Assembly: GCA_963977795.1 (NCBI GenBank) | Contig: CAXBRB010000001.1 | Span: 1-49,795 of the forward strand | Direction: 5' to 3' | Source of the DNA: an uncultured Acidimicrobiaceae bacterium | GTDB lineage: Bacteria > Actinomycetota > Acidimicrobiia > Acidimicrobiales > RAAP-2 | Length of the DNA: 49,795 nt | In this document: one piece after another, positions 31,836-42,066 of the stretch | Layout of the letters: each line of letters opens with the position of its first letter | Numbering within the stretch: position 1 is the first letter of the stretch | The notes under the pieces: model-generated | What the model saw: the letters and a program-made list of their open reading frames with translations, nothing else | Told to the model about the DNA's origin: nothing | Databases searched by the model: none | Translations under genes and position numbers: made by a program

Positions 31836-33182
31836 ATGCGACGGGACGACTTCGGAAGCGACTTCACCTGGGGCGTGGCCTCGGCGGCCTGGCAGGTGGA
31901 GGGGGCGTCCACGGTCGGCGGCAAGCCGCCGTCGGTGTGGGACCGCCTCGACGCCGCCGGCCGGATCGCCGGCGGGCCGCATGCCGACCGGGCCATCGAC
32001 TTCTACAACCGCTACCCCGAGGACATCGCCCTCATCGCCGAGCTGGGGTTCGGGGCCAAGCGGCTCTCGATCAGCTGGCCCCGCCTGCTCGGTGACGGCT
32101 CGGGCCCGCCCAACCCTGAGGGCATCGCCTTCTACGACCGGGTCATCGACGAGACCCTGGCCGCCGGCCTCGAGCCGTGGGTCACCGTGCACCACTGGGA
32201 CATGCCCCAGGCCCTCCTGGAGAAGGGGGGCTGGGGGGACCGGGGGATCGTGGAGCCCTTCGCCCGCCTGGCCGAGCTGTGCGCCGAACGCTATGGCGAC
32301 CGGGTCGCCAAGTGGATGGTCTTCAACGAGCCCGGCTCGGTGGCCGGCCACCTCCTGCTCGGCATGTACGGCAAGCGGGGCTTCCACCCGGCTGCCACCC
32401 TGCGGGCGGTCCACCACATGCACCTGGCCATCGCCGAGGGGGCCCGGCGCATGCGGGCCGTCCTGCCCGAGAGCGCCGAGATCGGCACCACCCACATCCT
32501 GGTCCCGGTCCGCCCCTATGGGGCCACCGACGAGCGGACCGTGCGGCGCAAGGCGGCCATCGAGGCGCTGACCAACGGGATCTTCCTCGACCCGCCGGCC
32601 GGCCTGGGCTACCCGTTCAAGGACAACCGGGTGGTCAACCTGGTCAAGCCGGCCATCCAGGACGGCGACCTCGAGGCCGTCCGCTTCCCCTTCGACTTCC
32701 TGGGCGTCCAGTACTACGGGCCGATCTCCCTGTCCGAGAAGCGCTGGCCGGTGGTCGGCCGGCTGCCCACGGCCAAGGTCACCGGCGCCGAGGTGGCGCT
32801 GCGCTCGGACATCGGCATCCCGGCCGACGCCGAGGGTTTGGAGCACCTGCTGAAGATGTGCGCCTCCCACCCCATCGCCGAGCGCCTGGTGGTGACCGAG
32901 TCGGGCCTCGGGCTCCAGGACCGGGTGCACGACGGCCGGATCCAGGACGACGTCCGCATCTGGTACGTCCGGGAGCAGCTGCGGGCCGTGCTGGCGGCCA
33001 AGGAGGCCGGGGTGCCGGTGGACGGCTACTTCCACTGGTCGTACGCCGACAACGTGGAGTGGTTCTTCGGGACCCGGCCCCGGTTCGGCCTCGTCTACAT
33101 CGACTACGAGGACGACCTGAAGCGGATCCCCAAGGAGTCGGCCCGGTGGTTCCAGCGGTTCCTGGGCGGCGAGGACGCCTGA
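31836..33182 (+). CDS. GH1 family beta-glucosidase
   Basis: F.WGVASAAWQVEG, acid/base motif FNEP, nucleophile context VVTESG, and a C-terminal WS..DN.EW...Y..RFGL. 448 aa. Confidence 0.9.
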   Translation: MRRDDFGSDFTWGVASAAWQVEGASTVGGKPPSVWDRLDAAGRIAGGPHADRAIDFYNRYPEDIALIAELGFGAKRLSISWPRLLGDGSGPPNPEGIAFYDRVIDETLAAGLEPWVTVHHWDMPQALLEKGGWGDRGIVEPFARLAELCAERYGDRVAKWMVFNEPGSVAGHLLLGMYGKRGFHPAATLRAVHHMHLAIAEGARRMRAVLPESAEIGTTHILVPVRPYGATDERTVRRKAAIEALTNGIFLDPPAGLGYPFKDNRVVNLVKPAIQDGDLEAVRFPFDFLGVQYYGPISLSEKRWPVVGRLPTAKVTGAEVALRSDIGIPADAEGLEHLLKMCASHPIAERLVVTESGLGLQDRVHDGRIQDDVRIWYVREQLRAVLAAKEAGVPVDGYFHWSYADNVEWFFGTRPRFGLVYIDYEDDLKRIPKESARWFQRFLGGEDA

Positions 33183-33296
33183 GCCGGTGGCACGGGTCCT
33201 GACCCTCCCGCACGCCGCCCGATCACCCGACCACCTGCCGCACCGCCGGACCACCGGCCTAGTCTTCGCATTCCGCCGACGCAGAGCAGGTGAACC

Positions 33297-34568
33297 GTGA
33301 GCCCGACCCCTGACCCCATCCAGTCCGCAGGACCCGAGGCCCTGGGCGAGTCGCGCACGCCGCATGAGGCGACCGAGATCGGTGCGGGCGTCTACTTCCT
33401 CGCCGGGTTCGGGAACACCACGCTGGTCCTGGGGTCCGACGCCGTCGCCGTCATCGACCCCGGCCTGTTCACCAACGGCCCCCGGGTGGTGGAGGAGCTC
33501 CGCCGCCTCACCGATCTGCCGGTCCGCTACGTCATCTACACCCACGGGCACTACGACCACGCCTTCGGCACCCCGGCGCTCCTCGAGGACGCCGCCGCCC
33601 GCGGCCACGACGCTCCGGACATCGTCGGGCACGTCAACGTGGCCCGCCGGTTCGAGCGCTACGCCAAGACAGCGGGCCATCTGGCGGGGACCTTCGACGC
33701 ACAGTTCGCCATCTGGGACCGGCACGGCGGCGACGTGGTGCGCAACGCCGTCTACTGCCCGCCGACGGTCGCCTACGAGGACCGTCTGGTGCTGGACGAC
33801 CTGGGCGGCCAGGTCCTCGACTGCCGCCACGGCCTCGGCGAGACGGACGATCACACCTGGATCTGGATCCCGGGCCCCCGGGTGATCGTCGGCGGCGACT
33901 TCATCGTGTCCTCCCTGCCCAACGCCGGCACGCCGTTCCGGGTCCAGCGCTACGTCCTGGAGTGGGCCGAGGTCCTGGAGGAGATGGCCTCCCTCGATCC
34001 GGCCGCCATCGTCTCGGGGCACGGCGGGGTGTTCCGCCAGCACGGCCGGGAGATGCTGGCCACGACGGCGGAGGCCCTCCGCTACCTCGACGGCGAGGTG
34101 GTCCGCCGGCTCAACGCGGGCCAGTGGCAGGAGCAGATCCTGGCCGAGGTGGCGCTACCCGAGGAGCTCGCTGCGAGCTCGTACCTCCAGCCGCTCTACG
34201 GCTGCACGGCCTTCGCCGTGCGTGACGTGATGCGGCGGTACATGGGCTGGTACGACGGCAACCCGTCCATGCTCTTCCCGAGCAGCCGCCAGGACATCGC
34301 CCATGAGGTGGTCGGCCTGGTCGGCGGCACCGGGCCGATCCTGGAGCGGGCCCGGGCGCTCGCCGGGTCCGACGACGTGGCCGACCTCCAGCTGGCGCTG
34401 CACCTGGTGGACTTCGTCCTGTTCCACGCCGACGGTCCGCTGGCCGAGGCGCACGCCCTGAAGGCGGACCTCCTCGACGCCCGTGCCGCCCAGGAGCGGT
34501 CGTTCGTGGCCCACAACATCCTGGCCTCGGCGGCGGTGCTCGAGCGGGACCACCTCGCCGGAGGCTGA
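33297..34568 (+). CDS. MBL-fold metallo-hydrolase, alkyl/aryl-sulfatase-like
   Basis: VYFLAGFGNT..V.G...V.VIDPG and YTHGHYDHAFG, with a C-terminal helical region that resembles the alkyl sulfatase dimerisation domain. Confidence 0.7.
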   Translation: MSPTPDPIQSAGPEALGESRTPHEATEIGAGVYFLAGFGNTTLVLGSDAVAVIDPGLFTNGPRVVEELRRLTDLPVRYVIYTHGHYDHAFGTPALLEDAAARGHDAPDIVGHVNVARRFERYAKTAGHLAGTFDAQFAIWDRHGGDVVRNAVYCPPTVAYEDRLVLDDLGGQVLDCRHGLGETDDHTWIWIPGPRVIVGGDFIVSSLPNAGTPFRVQRYVLEWAEVLEEMASLDPAAIVSGHGGVFRQHGREMLATTAEALRYLDGEVVRRLNAGQWQEQILAEVALPEELAASSYLQPLYGCTAFAVRDVMRRYMGWYDGNPSMLFPSSRQDIAHEVVGLVGGTGPILERARALAGSDDVADLQLALHLVDFVLFHADGPLAEAHALKADLLDARAAQERSFVAHNILASAAVLERDHLAGG

Positions 34569-34651
34569 GCTCCGGCTCCTCAGCGCTCTGCGGAACTACG
34601 TCATCGGGGTGCTTTCGACGTGAACCCGACGGTCCAGCCGGCACCCCGGAG

Positions 34652-34735
<84 letters not shown>

Positions 34736-34906
34736 GAGCGACCCGGAGAGGCTACCCGATGATCGGGGTGGGCACCGCACGGGCGACGACGCTCCCGGCC
34801 GGAAGGGGACCGGCCCCTCCCGCGGTGACCGCACCCTCGATCGACCGCCGGATCACCCTCCCCGTACCCCCAATCCGGGGGTGGCCGCCGGTAGGCTGCA
34901 TCGGTC

Positions 34907-35563
34907 ATGGGTCTCCAGAACTTCGAAGGGCGCCTCGAGCGCATGTTCGACGGCGCCCTCGGTAAGGCGTTCCGCGGCGACCTGCACCCGGTGGAGATCG
35001 GCCGGCGGGTCACCCGGGAAATGGACCTTCGCCGCCGGCTGGGCGTCAACGGCCTCATCTCGCCCAACTCCTTCGTGGTCCACCTCTCGGCCCACGACTT
35101 CGACCGCTTCGAGTCCTTCCTGGACGCCCTGGTGCGTGAGCTCGAGGAGGCCGCCCGGGACCACGCCCGGATGGAGGAGTACTCCTTCATGGGGCCGGTA
35201 ACCGTCTCGGTGGTGGAGGACCCCCGCCAGCGCAGGGGCCGCTTCGCCGTGGTCTCCTCCGTCAGGGAGGGCCCCCAGGGCCTGCCTGCCGCCTCGGTGG
35301 TGCTCTCCGACGGCCAGCGCATCGTGCTCGGACCCGAGCCGATCACCATCGGCCGGCTCCCCGAGAGCTCGGTGGTGGTGTCGGATCCCAACGCCAGCCG
35401 GCGCCACGCCGAGATCCGCCGCTCGGGCACCGACGTGGTGGTCGTCGACCTCGGGTCCACCAACGGGACCCGGGTGAACGGGGCGCCGATCCGAGAGCGG
35501 ATCCTGGCCGACGGCGACGAGATCCTCGTCGGCACGACGTCGCTCCGCTTCGAGGCTTCGTGA
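34907..35563 (+). CDS. fhaA: FhaA-like protein (DUF3662 N-terminal domain plus C-terminal FHA domain)
   Basis: MGLQNFE..LE......L.KAF.G.L.PVEI N-terminus. The FHA core is IGR......V.SD.NASRRHAEI.......VVDLGSTNGT.VNG. The gene sits in the conserved position next to tRNA-Leu. Confidence 0.85.
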   Translation: MGLQNFEGRLERMFDGALGKAFRGDLHPVEIGRRVTREMDLRRRLGVNGLISPNSFVVHLSAHDFDRFESFLDALVRELEEAARDHARMEEYSFMGPVTVSVVEDPRQRRGRFAVVSSVREGPQGLPAASVVLSDGQRIVLGPEPITIGRLPESSVVVSDPNASRRHAEIRRSGTDVVVVDLGSTNGTRVNGAPIRERILADGDEILVGTTSLRFEAS

Positions 35564-35612
35564 CCCTTCCCTCCGTCGTGCCCCCGGACACCAGAGCCAT
35601 GGCGGGGCCCCG

Positions 35613-36107
35613 GTGACGGCTGCCTTCCTGGCCGCGGCCGCACCCTCGCCGATCGACAACGCCCCGCTCCTGCGGGTCCTGGAGTTCGGGATCATCCTCC
35701 TCCTCTGGCTCTTCTTCCTCTGGGTGGTGCGGGCGGTGTGGGTCGAGGTCCGGCCCCTCAAGCGCAAGCGCCGCCGCAAGGACGCCGACCCGGTGACCGA
35801 CGGCAAGCGCCGCCGCCAGCTCCGGCTCCACGTGATCCGGCCCGACGACCAGTCCGGGCGCGTCTACGAGGTCGGCGATGAGGTGACGGTGGGCCGGGCC
35901 CCGGGCTGCGGCGTGCCCATCGAGTACGACACCTACTCCTCCAGCCTCCATGCCCGCCTCTTCCGGCTCGACGGCGATCTCTGGGTCGAGGATCTCGGCT
36001 CGACCAACGGCACCTGGGTCAACACCGTCCGCATCGACGAGCGGACCAAGCTCGAGAAGGGCGACCTCCTCCAGGTCGGCGGCACCGTGTTCGAGGTGGG
36101 GCGCTGA
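35613..36107 (+). CDS. fhaB: FhaB/FipA-like membrane-anchored FHA domain protein
   Basis: N-terminal TM segment (FGIILLLWLFFLWVV). C-terminal FHA domain (VGR......I..D...SS.HARL.......VEDLGSTNGT.VN). Confidence 0.8.
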   Translation: MTAAFLAAAAPSPIDNAPLLRVLEFGIILLLWLFFLWVVRAVWVEVRPLKRKRRRKDADPVTDGKRRRQLRLHVIRPDDQSGRVYEVGDEVTVGRAPGCGVPIEYDTYSSSLHARLFRLDGDLWVEDLGSTNGTWVNTVRIDERTKLEKGDLLQVGGTVFEVGR

Positions 36108-36108
36108 C

Positions 36109-37494
36109 GTGACCCTCCTGCGCTCGGGCTCGGGCACCGACACCGGACTGGTCCGTGCCGTCAACCAGGACTTGGCCCTCGAGACCCCGACCCTCTATGC
36201 CGTGGCCGACGGCATGGGGGGCCACGCCGGTGGCGAGGTGGCCGCCCGGCTGGCCATCGACACGCTGGCCGTGGCCTTCACCCGGAACGCCTCGGGCGCC
36301 GGCCTGTCCGAGGCCGTCCAGGAGGCCAACCTGGCCGTCTGGGACCACAGCATCGACAACCCCGAGCTCCGGGGGATGGGCACCACGCTGACCGCCGTGG
36401 CCCTCGTCCAGGAGAACGGCCGGGACGTCCTGGCCCTGGCCAACGTGGGCGACTCCCGCTCCTACCGGTTCCACGACGGGACCCTGAGTCAGATCACCGT
36501 CGACCACTCCCTGGCCGACGAGATGGTCCGGGCCGGCGAGCTGACCGAGGCCGAGGCGGCCGTCCACCCTCACCGGCACATCCTCACCCGGGCCCTCGGT
36601 GTGAGCTCGGGCGTCGAGGTCGACCTCTGGCGCATCCAGCCCCACCGGGGCGACCGGTTCCTCCTGTGCAGCGACGGGCTGACCAACGAGATCGACGACG
36701 ACCAGATCGCCGAGGTCCTGGCTACGGTGCCCGACCCCGGGGAGGTCGCCGACCTCCTGGTGCGGGCGGCCCGCACCCACGGGGGCAGCGACAACATCAC
36801 CGTGGTGGTGGTCGACGTCGTGGTGGGGGAGGACGACGACGGACCCGTGCCCGTGCCCGCCGTGGCCGCCGTGGAGGCCGACTTCCTCTCGCCGGTCGAC
36901 GAGCCTGGCGCTGGTCCGGACGACGGATCCGGCTCCGGGCCCGCCGCCGTGGTTGAGGACGACGTCGTCCCCCTCCCCGGCCCCGAGCCTCTCCGGCCCA
37001 GCTGGTGGGCCCGCCGCCGGTCGCGGCGCAAGGCCCGCAAGGCGGCCCGGGGCCGCCGGCTGATCACCCTGCGCTCCCTGCTCTTCGTGGTCCTGGTGGC
37101 CGCCGTGGTGGCCGGGGGCTGGCTGGTCGTCCGGTGGTACGACTCGAACGCCTACTACGTCGGGGTGACCGACAACGAGCTGGTGATCTACCACGGCCGG
37201 GTGGGCGGCGGCGTCCTCTACTCGCCGGTGGAGGTCCAGCGCACCGGCGTGACCATCGCCGACGTGCCGCCCTATGTGGTGCCCCAGCTGGTCAAGGGCG
37301 TGCCCGAGAGCTCGCTGGCCGCCGCCCAGAGCTACGTGGCCAACCTGGTGCGCACCCAGGTGGCCACCTCGTGCCAGCAGAACCCCAACCAGGCCATCTG
37401 CGCCGACCTGGCGCGGCTGGGGGGCACCTCGTCGACGACCACGGTGCCGACGGCATCCACGGCCCCGACCACCACCACCGCCGGCGGCCGCTGA
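36109..37494 (+). CDS. pstP: PP2C-family Ser/Thr phosphatase with a C-terminal TM segment and extracellular tail
   Basis: TD.G..R..NQD, ADGMGGH.GGE and CSDGL....DD..I, then GG.DNITVVVVD, then the TM segment LLFVVLVAAVVAGGWLVV. The GTG at 36109 starts 1 nt after the fhaB stop. Confidence 0.9.
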   Translation: MTLLRSGSGTDTGLVRAVNQDLALETPTLYAVADGMGGHAGGEVAARLAIDTLAVAFTRNASGAGLSEAVQEANLAVWDHSIDNPELRGMGTTLTAVALVQENGRDVLALANVGDSRSYRFHDGTLSQITVDHSLADEMVRAGELTEAEAAVHPHRHILTRALGVSSGVEVDLWRIQPHRGDRFLLCSDGLTNEIDDDQIAEVLATVPDPGEVADLLVRAARTHGGSDNITVVVVDVVVGEDDDGPVPVPAVAAVEADFLSPVDEPGAGPDDGSGSGPAAVVEDDVVPLPGPEPLRPSWWARRRSRRKARKAARGRRLITLRSLLFVVLVAAVVAGGWLVVRWYDSNAYYVGVTDNELVIYHGRVGGGVLYSPVEVQRTGVTIADVPPYVVPQLVKGVPESSLAAAQSYVANLVRTQVATSCQQNPNQAICADLARLGGTSSTTTVPTASTAPTTTTAGGR

Positions 37495-38993
37495 TGGAGC
37501 GGCGCATCCGACGGCTGGGGATCGTGATGATCCTCTGCTTCGCCGCCCTCTTCGTCCAGCTCAACATCATCCAGGTGGTCAAGGCCCGCTCGCTGGCCAC
37601 GGACCCCAAGAACCCCCGGATCCAGGCCGTCACCCGCAGCCAGGCCCGCGGCGAGATCCTCTCGGCCGACGGGGTGGTGCTGGCCAGCTCGGTGCCCGAC
37701 ACCGGCGTCTACAAGTTCCGCCGCACCTACAACCCCAACACCGCCGTCCTCTTCTCCCAGATCGTCGGCTTCGACTCGCTGATCTACGGCCGGACCGGCA
37801 TCGAGGCGGAGTACAACGGCTTCCTCCAGTCCCACACCCGGCCGGCCACGTCGCTGCGGGACCTGCTGGTCGACCGCACGACCACCGGCAACGTCGCCCT
37901 CACCATCAGCTCGGGCCTCCAGAGCCAGGTGGCGGCCATCGTGGACGGGATCAACGCCAACGGGACCGCCCCCCAGGCGGGGGCGGTGGTGATCAACGTG
38001 AAGACCGGGGCCATCGAGGCCATGTACGCCAACCCCACCTACGACCCCAACCCGCTGGTCTCCCCCGACCCGGCGGTCGAGCGGCTGGCCTGGTTCTCCC
38101 TCAACCCGGCGAGCGCCCAGAGCCCGCTGGTGTCCCGGGCCTTCCAGTACGGCTTCCTCCCCGGCTCCACCATGAAGTCGGTGACCTCGGCCGCCGTCTA
38201 CGACCACCAGCCGGCCCTGGCCAAGCTCTACATCCCCTACGCCGGGTGCATCCCCCTGCCCCAGTCGGACAAGCCGCTGTGCAACTACGGCAGCAAGGGG
38301 CCCAACGGCCCCGAGGTCTGCGGCGGCGTGCTGGCCCAGACCCTCCCGGCCTCCTGCGACACCGCGTTCGGCACCCTGGGGATGGACCTCGGAGGTCCGG
38401 CCCTCACCGCCGAGGCCCAGGCCTTCGGCTTCAACCAGCACCTCCCCATCGACCTGCCCGGGGTCGGGGTCTCCAACTTCCCCGCGGGTCCGCTGTTCAA
38501 CAACAACAAGCCGTCCCAGGCCTACTCGGCCTTCGGCCAGCAGGACGTGGTGGCCACGGTGCTCCAGATGGGGCTGGTGGCCGCCGGGATCGCCAACCGG
38601 GGCGTGCTCATGACGCCCCACCTCATGCGGGACATCCACGACTCGGCCGGCAACCTCCTGGCCGTCTACCAGCCCCACCCGTGGCAGACGGCCACCAACC
38701 CGCTGACGGCGGCTGCCGTCACCACCCTCATGCAGGCCGTGGTCACCAACGGCACGGCCACGCAGGTGGGCTTCCCGCCGGCGTGGAACGTTGCGGCCAA
38801 GACCGGCACGGCCGAGACCGGGGCCAACGCCGCGCTGACCAACGACTGGATGATCGCCTTCGCCCCGGCCAACGACCCCAAGGTGGCTGTGGCCGTGGCC
38901 GTGCCCAACCAGGCCTCCACGGCGACAGGCGCCGAGATCTCCGGGCCGCCGACCAAGGCCATCCTGGCCGCCGCCCTGGCCGCCACCCCCTGA
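37494..38993 (+). CDS. pbpA: Class B penicillin-binding protein (PbpA-like transpeptidase)
   Basis: N-terminal TM anchor followed by a transpeptidase domain, with PGSTMKS at the SxxK active-site position and KTGTAE at the KTG box. The ATG overlaps the pstP stop (TGATG). Confidence 0.9.
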   Translation: MERRIRRLGIVMILCFAALFVQLNIIQVVKARSLATDPKNPRIQAVTRSQARGEILSADGVVLASSVPDTGVYKFRRTYNPNTAVLFSQIVGFDSLIYGRTGIEAEYNGFLQSHTRPATSLRDLLVDRTTTGNVALTISSGLQSQVAAIVDGINANGTAPQAGAVVINVKTGAIEAMYANPTYDPNPLVSPDPAVERLAWFSLNPASAQSPLVSRAFQYGFLPGSTMKSVTSAAVYDHQPALAKLYIPYAGCIPLPQSDKPLCNYGSKGPNGPEVCGGVLAQTLPASCDTAFGTLGMDLGGPALTAEAQAFGFNQHLPIDLPGVGVSNFPAGPLFNNNKPSQAYSAFGQQDVVATVLQMGLVAAGIANRGVLMTPHLMRDIHDSAGNLLAVYQPHPWQTATNPLTAAAVTTLMQAVVTNGTATQVGFPPAWNVAAKTGTAETGANAALTNDWMIAFAPANDPKVAVAVAVPNQASTATGAEISGPPTKAILAAALAATP

Positions 38994-39092
38994 CCCCGGG
39001 CGGAGCCGGCCCCGCCCAGTTGTCCCGACCCACCGACCAGACCGAGACGAGCAGATGAGAACACCGGCAGCGAGCACAGGCGGACGTAGGCT

Positions 39093-40901
39093 GTGACCGA
39101 CATGGACCCCACTGAGGCGCCGCGCGTCTTCTCCGAGCGCTACGAGCTCAAGCACCTCATCGCCCGAGGGGGCATGGCCGAGGTCTACCGTGCCCACGAC
39201 CGGCTGCTGGACCGGCCCGTCGCCCTGAAGGTCCTCTTCCCCGAGCTCTCCGTCGACCGCTCCTTCGTCGAGCGCTTCCGCCGCGAGGCCCAGGCCGCCG
39301 CCAACCTCTCCCACCGCAACATCGTCCCGGTCTTCGACTGGGGCGAGGACACCTCGACCTACTTCATCGTCATGGAGTTCGTGGACGGCCGCCCGCTGTC
39401 CTCGGTCCTCAAGTCCTCGGGCCCCCTGACCGCGGAGCGCACCGCCGACATCGGCGCCGACGTGGCCGCCGCCCTCGGCTACGCCCACAAGCACGGGGTG
39501 GTCCACCGGGACGTCAAGCCCGGCAACGTCCTCATCACCGACGACGGCCAGGTCAAGGTGACCGACTTCGGCATCGCCCGGGCCGTGAACACCGAGGAGA
39601 GCCTCACCCAGACCGGGGCGGTCATGGGCACGGCCACCTACTTCTCCCCCGAGCAGGCCGAGGGCATCGGCGTGGACGCCCGCAGCGACATCTACTCGCT
39701 CGGTGTGGTCCTCTTCGAGATGGTGACCGGCCGACCGCCCTTCCTGGGCGAGTCCCCGGTCTCGGTGGCCTCCAAGCACGTCCGTGACGTGCCGCCGGCC
39801 CCCCGGGAGATCAACCCCAAGGTCCCCCCGACCTTCGAGGCCATCATCCTCAAGTGCATGGCCAAGGATCCGGCCCACCGCTACAGCACCGCCGAGGACC
39901 TCCGGGCCGACCTGCTCCGCTTCAACGAGGGGCGCTCGGTGCTGGCCATGGACGACACCACGGCCATGATCGGCGTGGCCGGGGCGGCCACTGCCGTCGG
40001 CGCGGCGGTCGGGATGGACGAGACCCGGGCCGTCACCTCGGTGGGCTCGATCCCCCCCGTGTCGACGGCCCCGCCGGCACCCCCCGAGGAGAGCGGATCC
40101 AACCGCACCCGCACCTACGCCATCATCCTCGCCGTCCTGATCGTCCTCCTGCTCGGTGCCGGCTACTTCCTGCTCCGCAACCTGGGCTACCTCGGCGGAG
40201 CGGCGTCCTTCAACCTGCCCTCGGTGGTGGGCCAGCAGGTCACGGTGGCCACCGCCACCCTCCAGGCCGACGGCCTCAACGTCACCGTCCAGCAGCAGGT
40301 GTCGGACAAGCCGCCGGGCACCGTCCTCTCCACCAACCCGGCGCCCAACGCCCTGGTGAAGAAGGGGGACACGGTCACCCTGAAGGCGGCCGAGCCCGCC
40401 CCGGTCCAGCAGATCCTGGTCCCGCCGGGCCTGATCGGCACCACCGTGGCCAACGCCGAGGCCATCCTCACCAGCGCCGGCCTCCAGTACACGGTGGTCT
40501 ACCGGACGAGCACGGCCCAGAAGGGCACCGTCCTCTCCACCAACCCGACCTCGGGCACCAAGATCAACGTGGGCGGCTCGGTGGCCCTCACCGTCTCCTC
40601 GGGCCCGGCCAACGTGCTGGTCCCCTCGCTGGTCGGCCTGAGCCAGGTCCAGGCCGGCCAGGTCCTGGGCAACGCCGGCCTCAACGTCGGCGCGGTGACG
40701 TCACAGCCCTCGACCCAGTACGGGGCTGGTCTGGTGATCTCGTCGAACCCGGCGACCGGTCAGTCGGTGGCCCCGGGGAGCTCGGTGGACATCGTGGTGT
40801 CGACCGGTCCGCCGCCCACCACCACGACGACCTCGTCGACCACCACCACCTCCACGACGACCTCCACGGTCCCGTCGACCACCACCACGACCAAGCCCTA
40901 G
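39093..40901 (+). CDS. pknB: Transmembrane Ser/Thr kinase with three PASTA repeats and a Thr/Ser-rich C-terminal tail
   Basis: GGMAEVY, VALK, HRDVKPGNVL, DFG and GTA.YFSPEQ. TM segment YAIILAVLIVLLLGAGYFLL. Three repeats of the form P..VG........L...GL match PASTA. The tail is TTTTTSSTTTTSTTTSTVPSTTTTTKP. Confidence 0.9.
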   Translation: MTDMDPTEAPRVFSERYELKHLIARGGMAEVYRAHDRLLDRPVALKVLFPELSVDRSFVERFRREAQAAANLSHRNIVPVFDWGEDTSTYFIVMEFVDGRPLSSVLKSSGPLTAERTADIGADVAAALGYAHKHGVVHRDVKPGNVLITDDGQVKVTDFGIARAVNTEESLTQTGAVMGTATYFSPEQAEGIGVDARSDIYSLGVVLFEMVTGRPPFLGESPVSVASKHVRDVPPAPREINPKVPPTFEAIILKCMAKDPAHRYSTAEDLRADLLRFNEGRSVLAMDDTTAMIGVAGAATAVGAAVGMDETRAVTSVGSIPPVSTAPPAPPEESGSNRTRTYAIILAVLIVLLLGAGYFLLRNLGYLGGAASFNLPSVVGQQVTVATATLQADGLNVTVQQQVSDKPPGTVLSTNPAPNALVKKGDTVTLKAAEPAPVQQILVPPGLIGTTVANAEAILTSAGLQYTVVYRTSTAQKGTVLSTNPTSGTKINVGGSVALTVSSGPANVLVPSLVGLSQVQAGQVLGNAGLNVGAVTSQPSTQYGAGLVISSNPATGQSVAPGSSVDIVVSTGPPPTTTTTSSTTTTSTTTSTVPSTTTTTKP

Positions 40902-40960
40902 GCGGCCGCCGGGCCACCTGACCGTCCGACCGCCTGGCCGGTGGCCCGGCTGGCCCGGCG

Positions 40961-41539
40961 TCAGCCGGCCTGGGCCAGGAAGTTGGCCAGCAGGGAGGGC
41001 CCCTCGGTGGTGAGGATCGACTCGGGGTGGAATTGGACCCCCTCGATGGCCAGCTCCCGGTGGCGCAGGCCCATGATGATGCCGTCGGCCGTCTCGGCCG
41101 TCACCTCGAGCACGTCGGGCAGCGTGGACGGCTCGACGACCAGGGAGTGGTAGCGGGTGGCCGTGAACGGCTCGGGGAGCCCGGCGAAGACCCCCTGGCC
41201 CCGGTGGTGGATGGGCGAGGTCTTGCCGTGCATGAGGCTCGGTGCGGCCACCACGTCGCCGCCGAAGACCTGGCCGATGGCCTGGTGGCCCAGGCACACC
41301 CCCAGGATGGGGATCTCGCCGCCCAGCTCGGCGATGACCGCCGTGGAGACCCCGGCTGCCTCGGGCCGGCCCGGTCCCGGGCTGATGAGCACCAGGTCGG
41401 GCCGGGCGGCCCGGATGCCGGTCACGTCGATGGCGTCGTTGCGGTGGACCTCGGGTGCCGCCCCCAGCTCGCCCAGCTCCTGGACGAGGTTGTAGACGAA
41501 CGAGTCGTAGTTGTCGATGACCAGCACCCGGGTCGCCAT
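40961..41539 (-). CDS. Glutamine amidotransferase component II of anthranilate/aminodeoxychorismate synthase
   Basis: [29 protein letters not shown] (catalytic Cys) and [11 protein letters not shown] at 41539. Confidence 0.9.
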   Translation of the reverse strand: MATRVLVIDNYDSFVYNLVQELGELGAAPEVHRNDAIDVTGIRAARPDLVLISPGPGRPEAAGVSTAVIAELGGEIPILGVCLGHQAIGQVFGGDVVAAPSLMHGKTSPIHHRGQGVFAGLPEPFTATRYHSLVVEPSTLPDVLEVTAETADGIIMGLRHRELAIEGVQFHPESILTTEGPSLLANFLAQAG

Positions 41540-41619
41540 GGCCCCCCGATGGTACCGGCCGGCGGGGGGCTGCTCTCCGCCGTCCCGGTGCCGGGCGGGC
41601 TGCTCGCTATCCTTCGGGC

Positions 41620-41934
41620 ATGGCATCCAGTGGGAACCAGGGGTCGGGCGGGAGCAAGGGGTCGGGGCGGGCCACCCCGTCCACCAAGGCGGCGGCCAAG
41701 GCATCCGGCGGCGGCCCCGTCCGGAGCGACCGCTACACCCCGCCGATCGACCGCAAGCAGAAGGTCAGCCCCAAGTGGCAGGGCGTCCTCATCATCGCCC
41801 TGTTCGCCCTGGGTGTCCTCATCGTCATCCTCAACTACGCCGGCGTGCTGCCCGGCGGGGTCAACAACATCTGGCTGGTGGCGGCCATCGGCGCCATCTT
41901 CGCCGGCCTGCTGGTGGCCACCCGCTACCACTAG
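41620..41934 (+). CDS. crgA: CrgA-like cell division membrane protein
   Basis: 104 aa with a basic N-terminus and two TM helices ([21 protein letters not shown] and [22 protein letters not shown]). It sits in the conserved position next to pabA/pknB. Confidence 0.8.
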   Translation: MASSGNQGSGGSKGSGRATPSTKAAAKASGGGPVRSDRYTPPIDRKQKVSPKWQGVLIIALFALGVLIVILNYAGVLPGGVNNIWLVAAIGAIFAGLLVATRYH

Positions 41935-42001
41935 GGCCGCCCCGGCGGCCCGGGCGCGCCGCTGCCCTGGCCCAGCACCGCGAGCGAGGCCCGAATCGAA
42001 C

Positions 42002-42028
42002 GGAGGCCGGCCCTGCGGGCCGGCCTCC
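42002..42028. terminator. Terminator hairpin between convergent crgA and the thiolase gene
   Basis: 12-bp stem GGAGGCCGGCCC / GGGCCGGCCTCC with loop TGC. Confidence 0.55.
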
Positions 42029-42066
42029 GTGCACATCGTCGGCCCGGTCGGTGCCGGGCGGCGGGC

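Noticed and set aside
40801-40898. Poly-Thr/Ser tail of PknB as a possible link to the Thr-rich RiPP cores
   Set aside because: Low-complexity Thr/Ser/Pro linkers are common in actinobacterial extracellular proteins. Nothing in the sequence indicates a functional connection.
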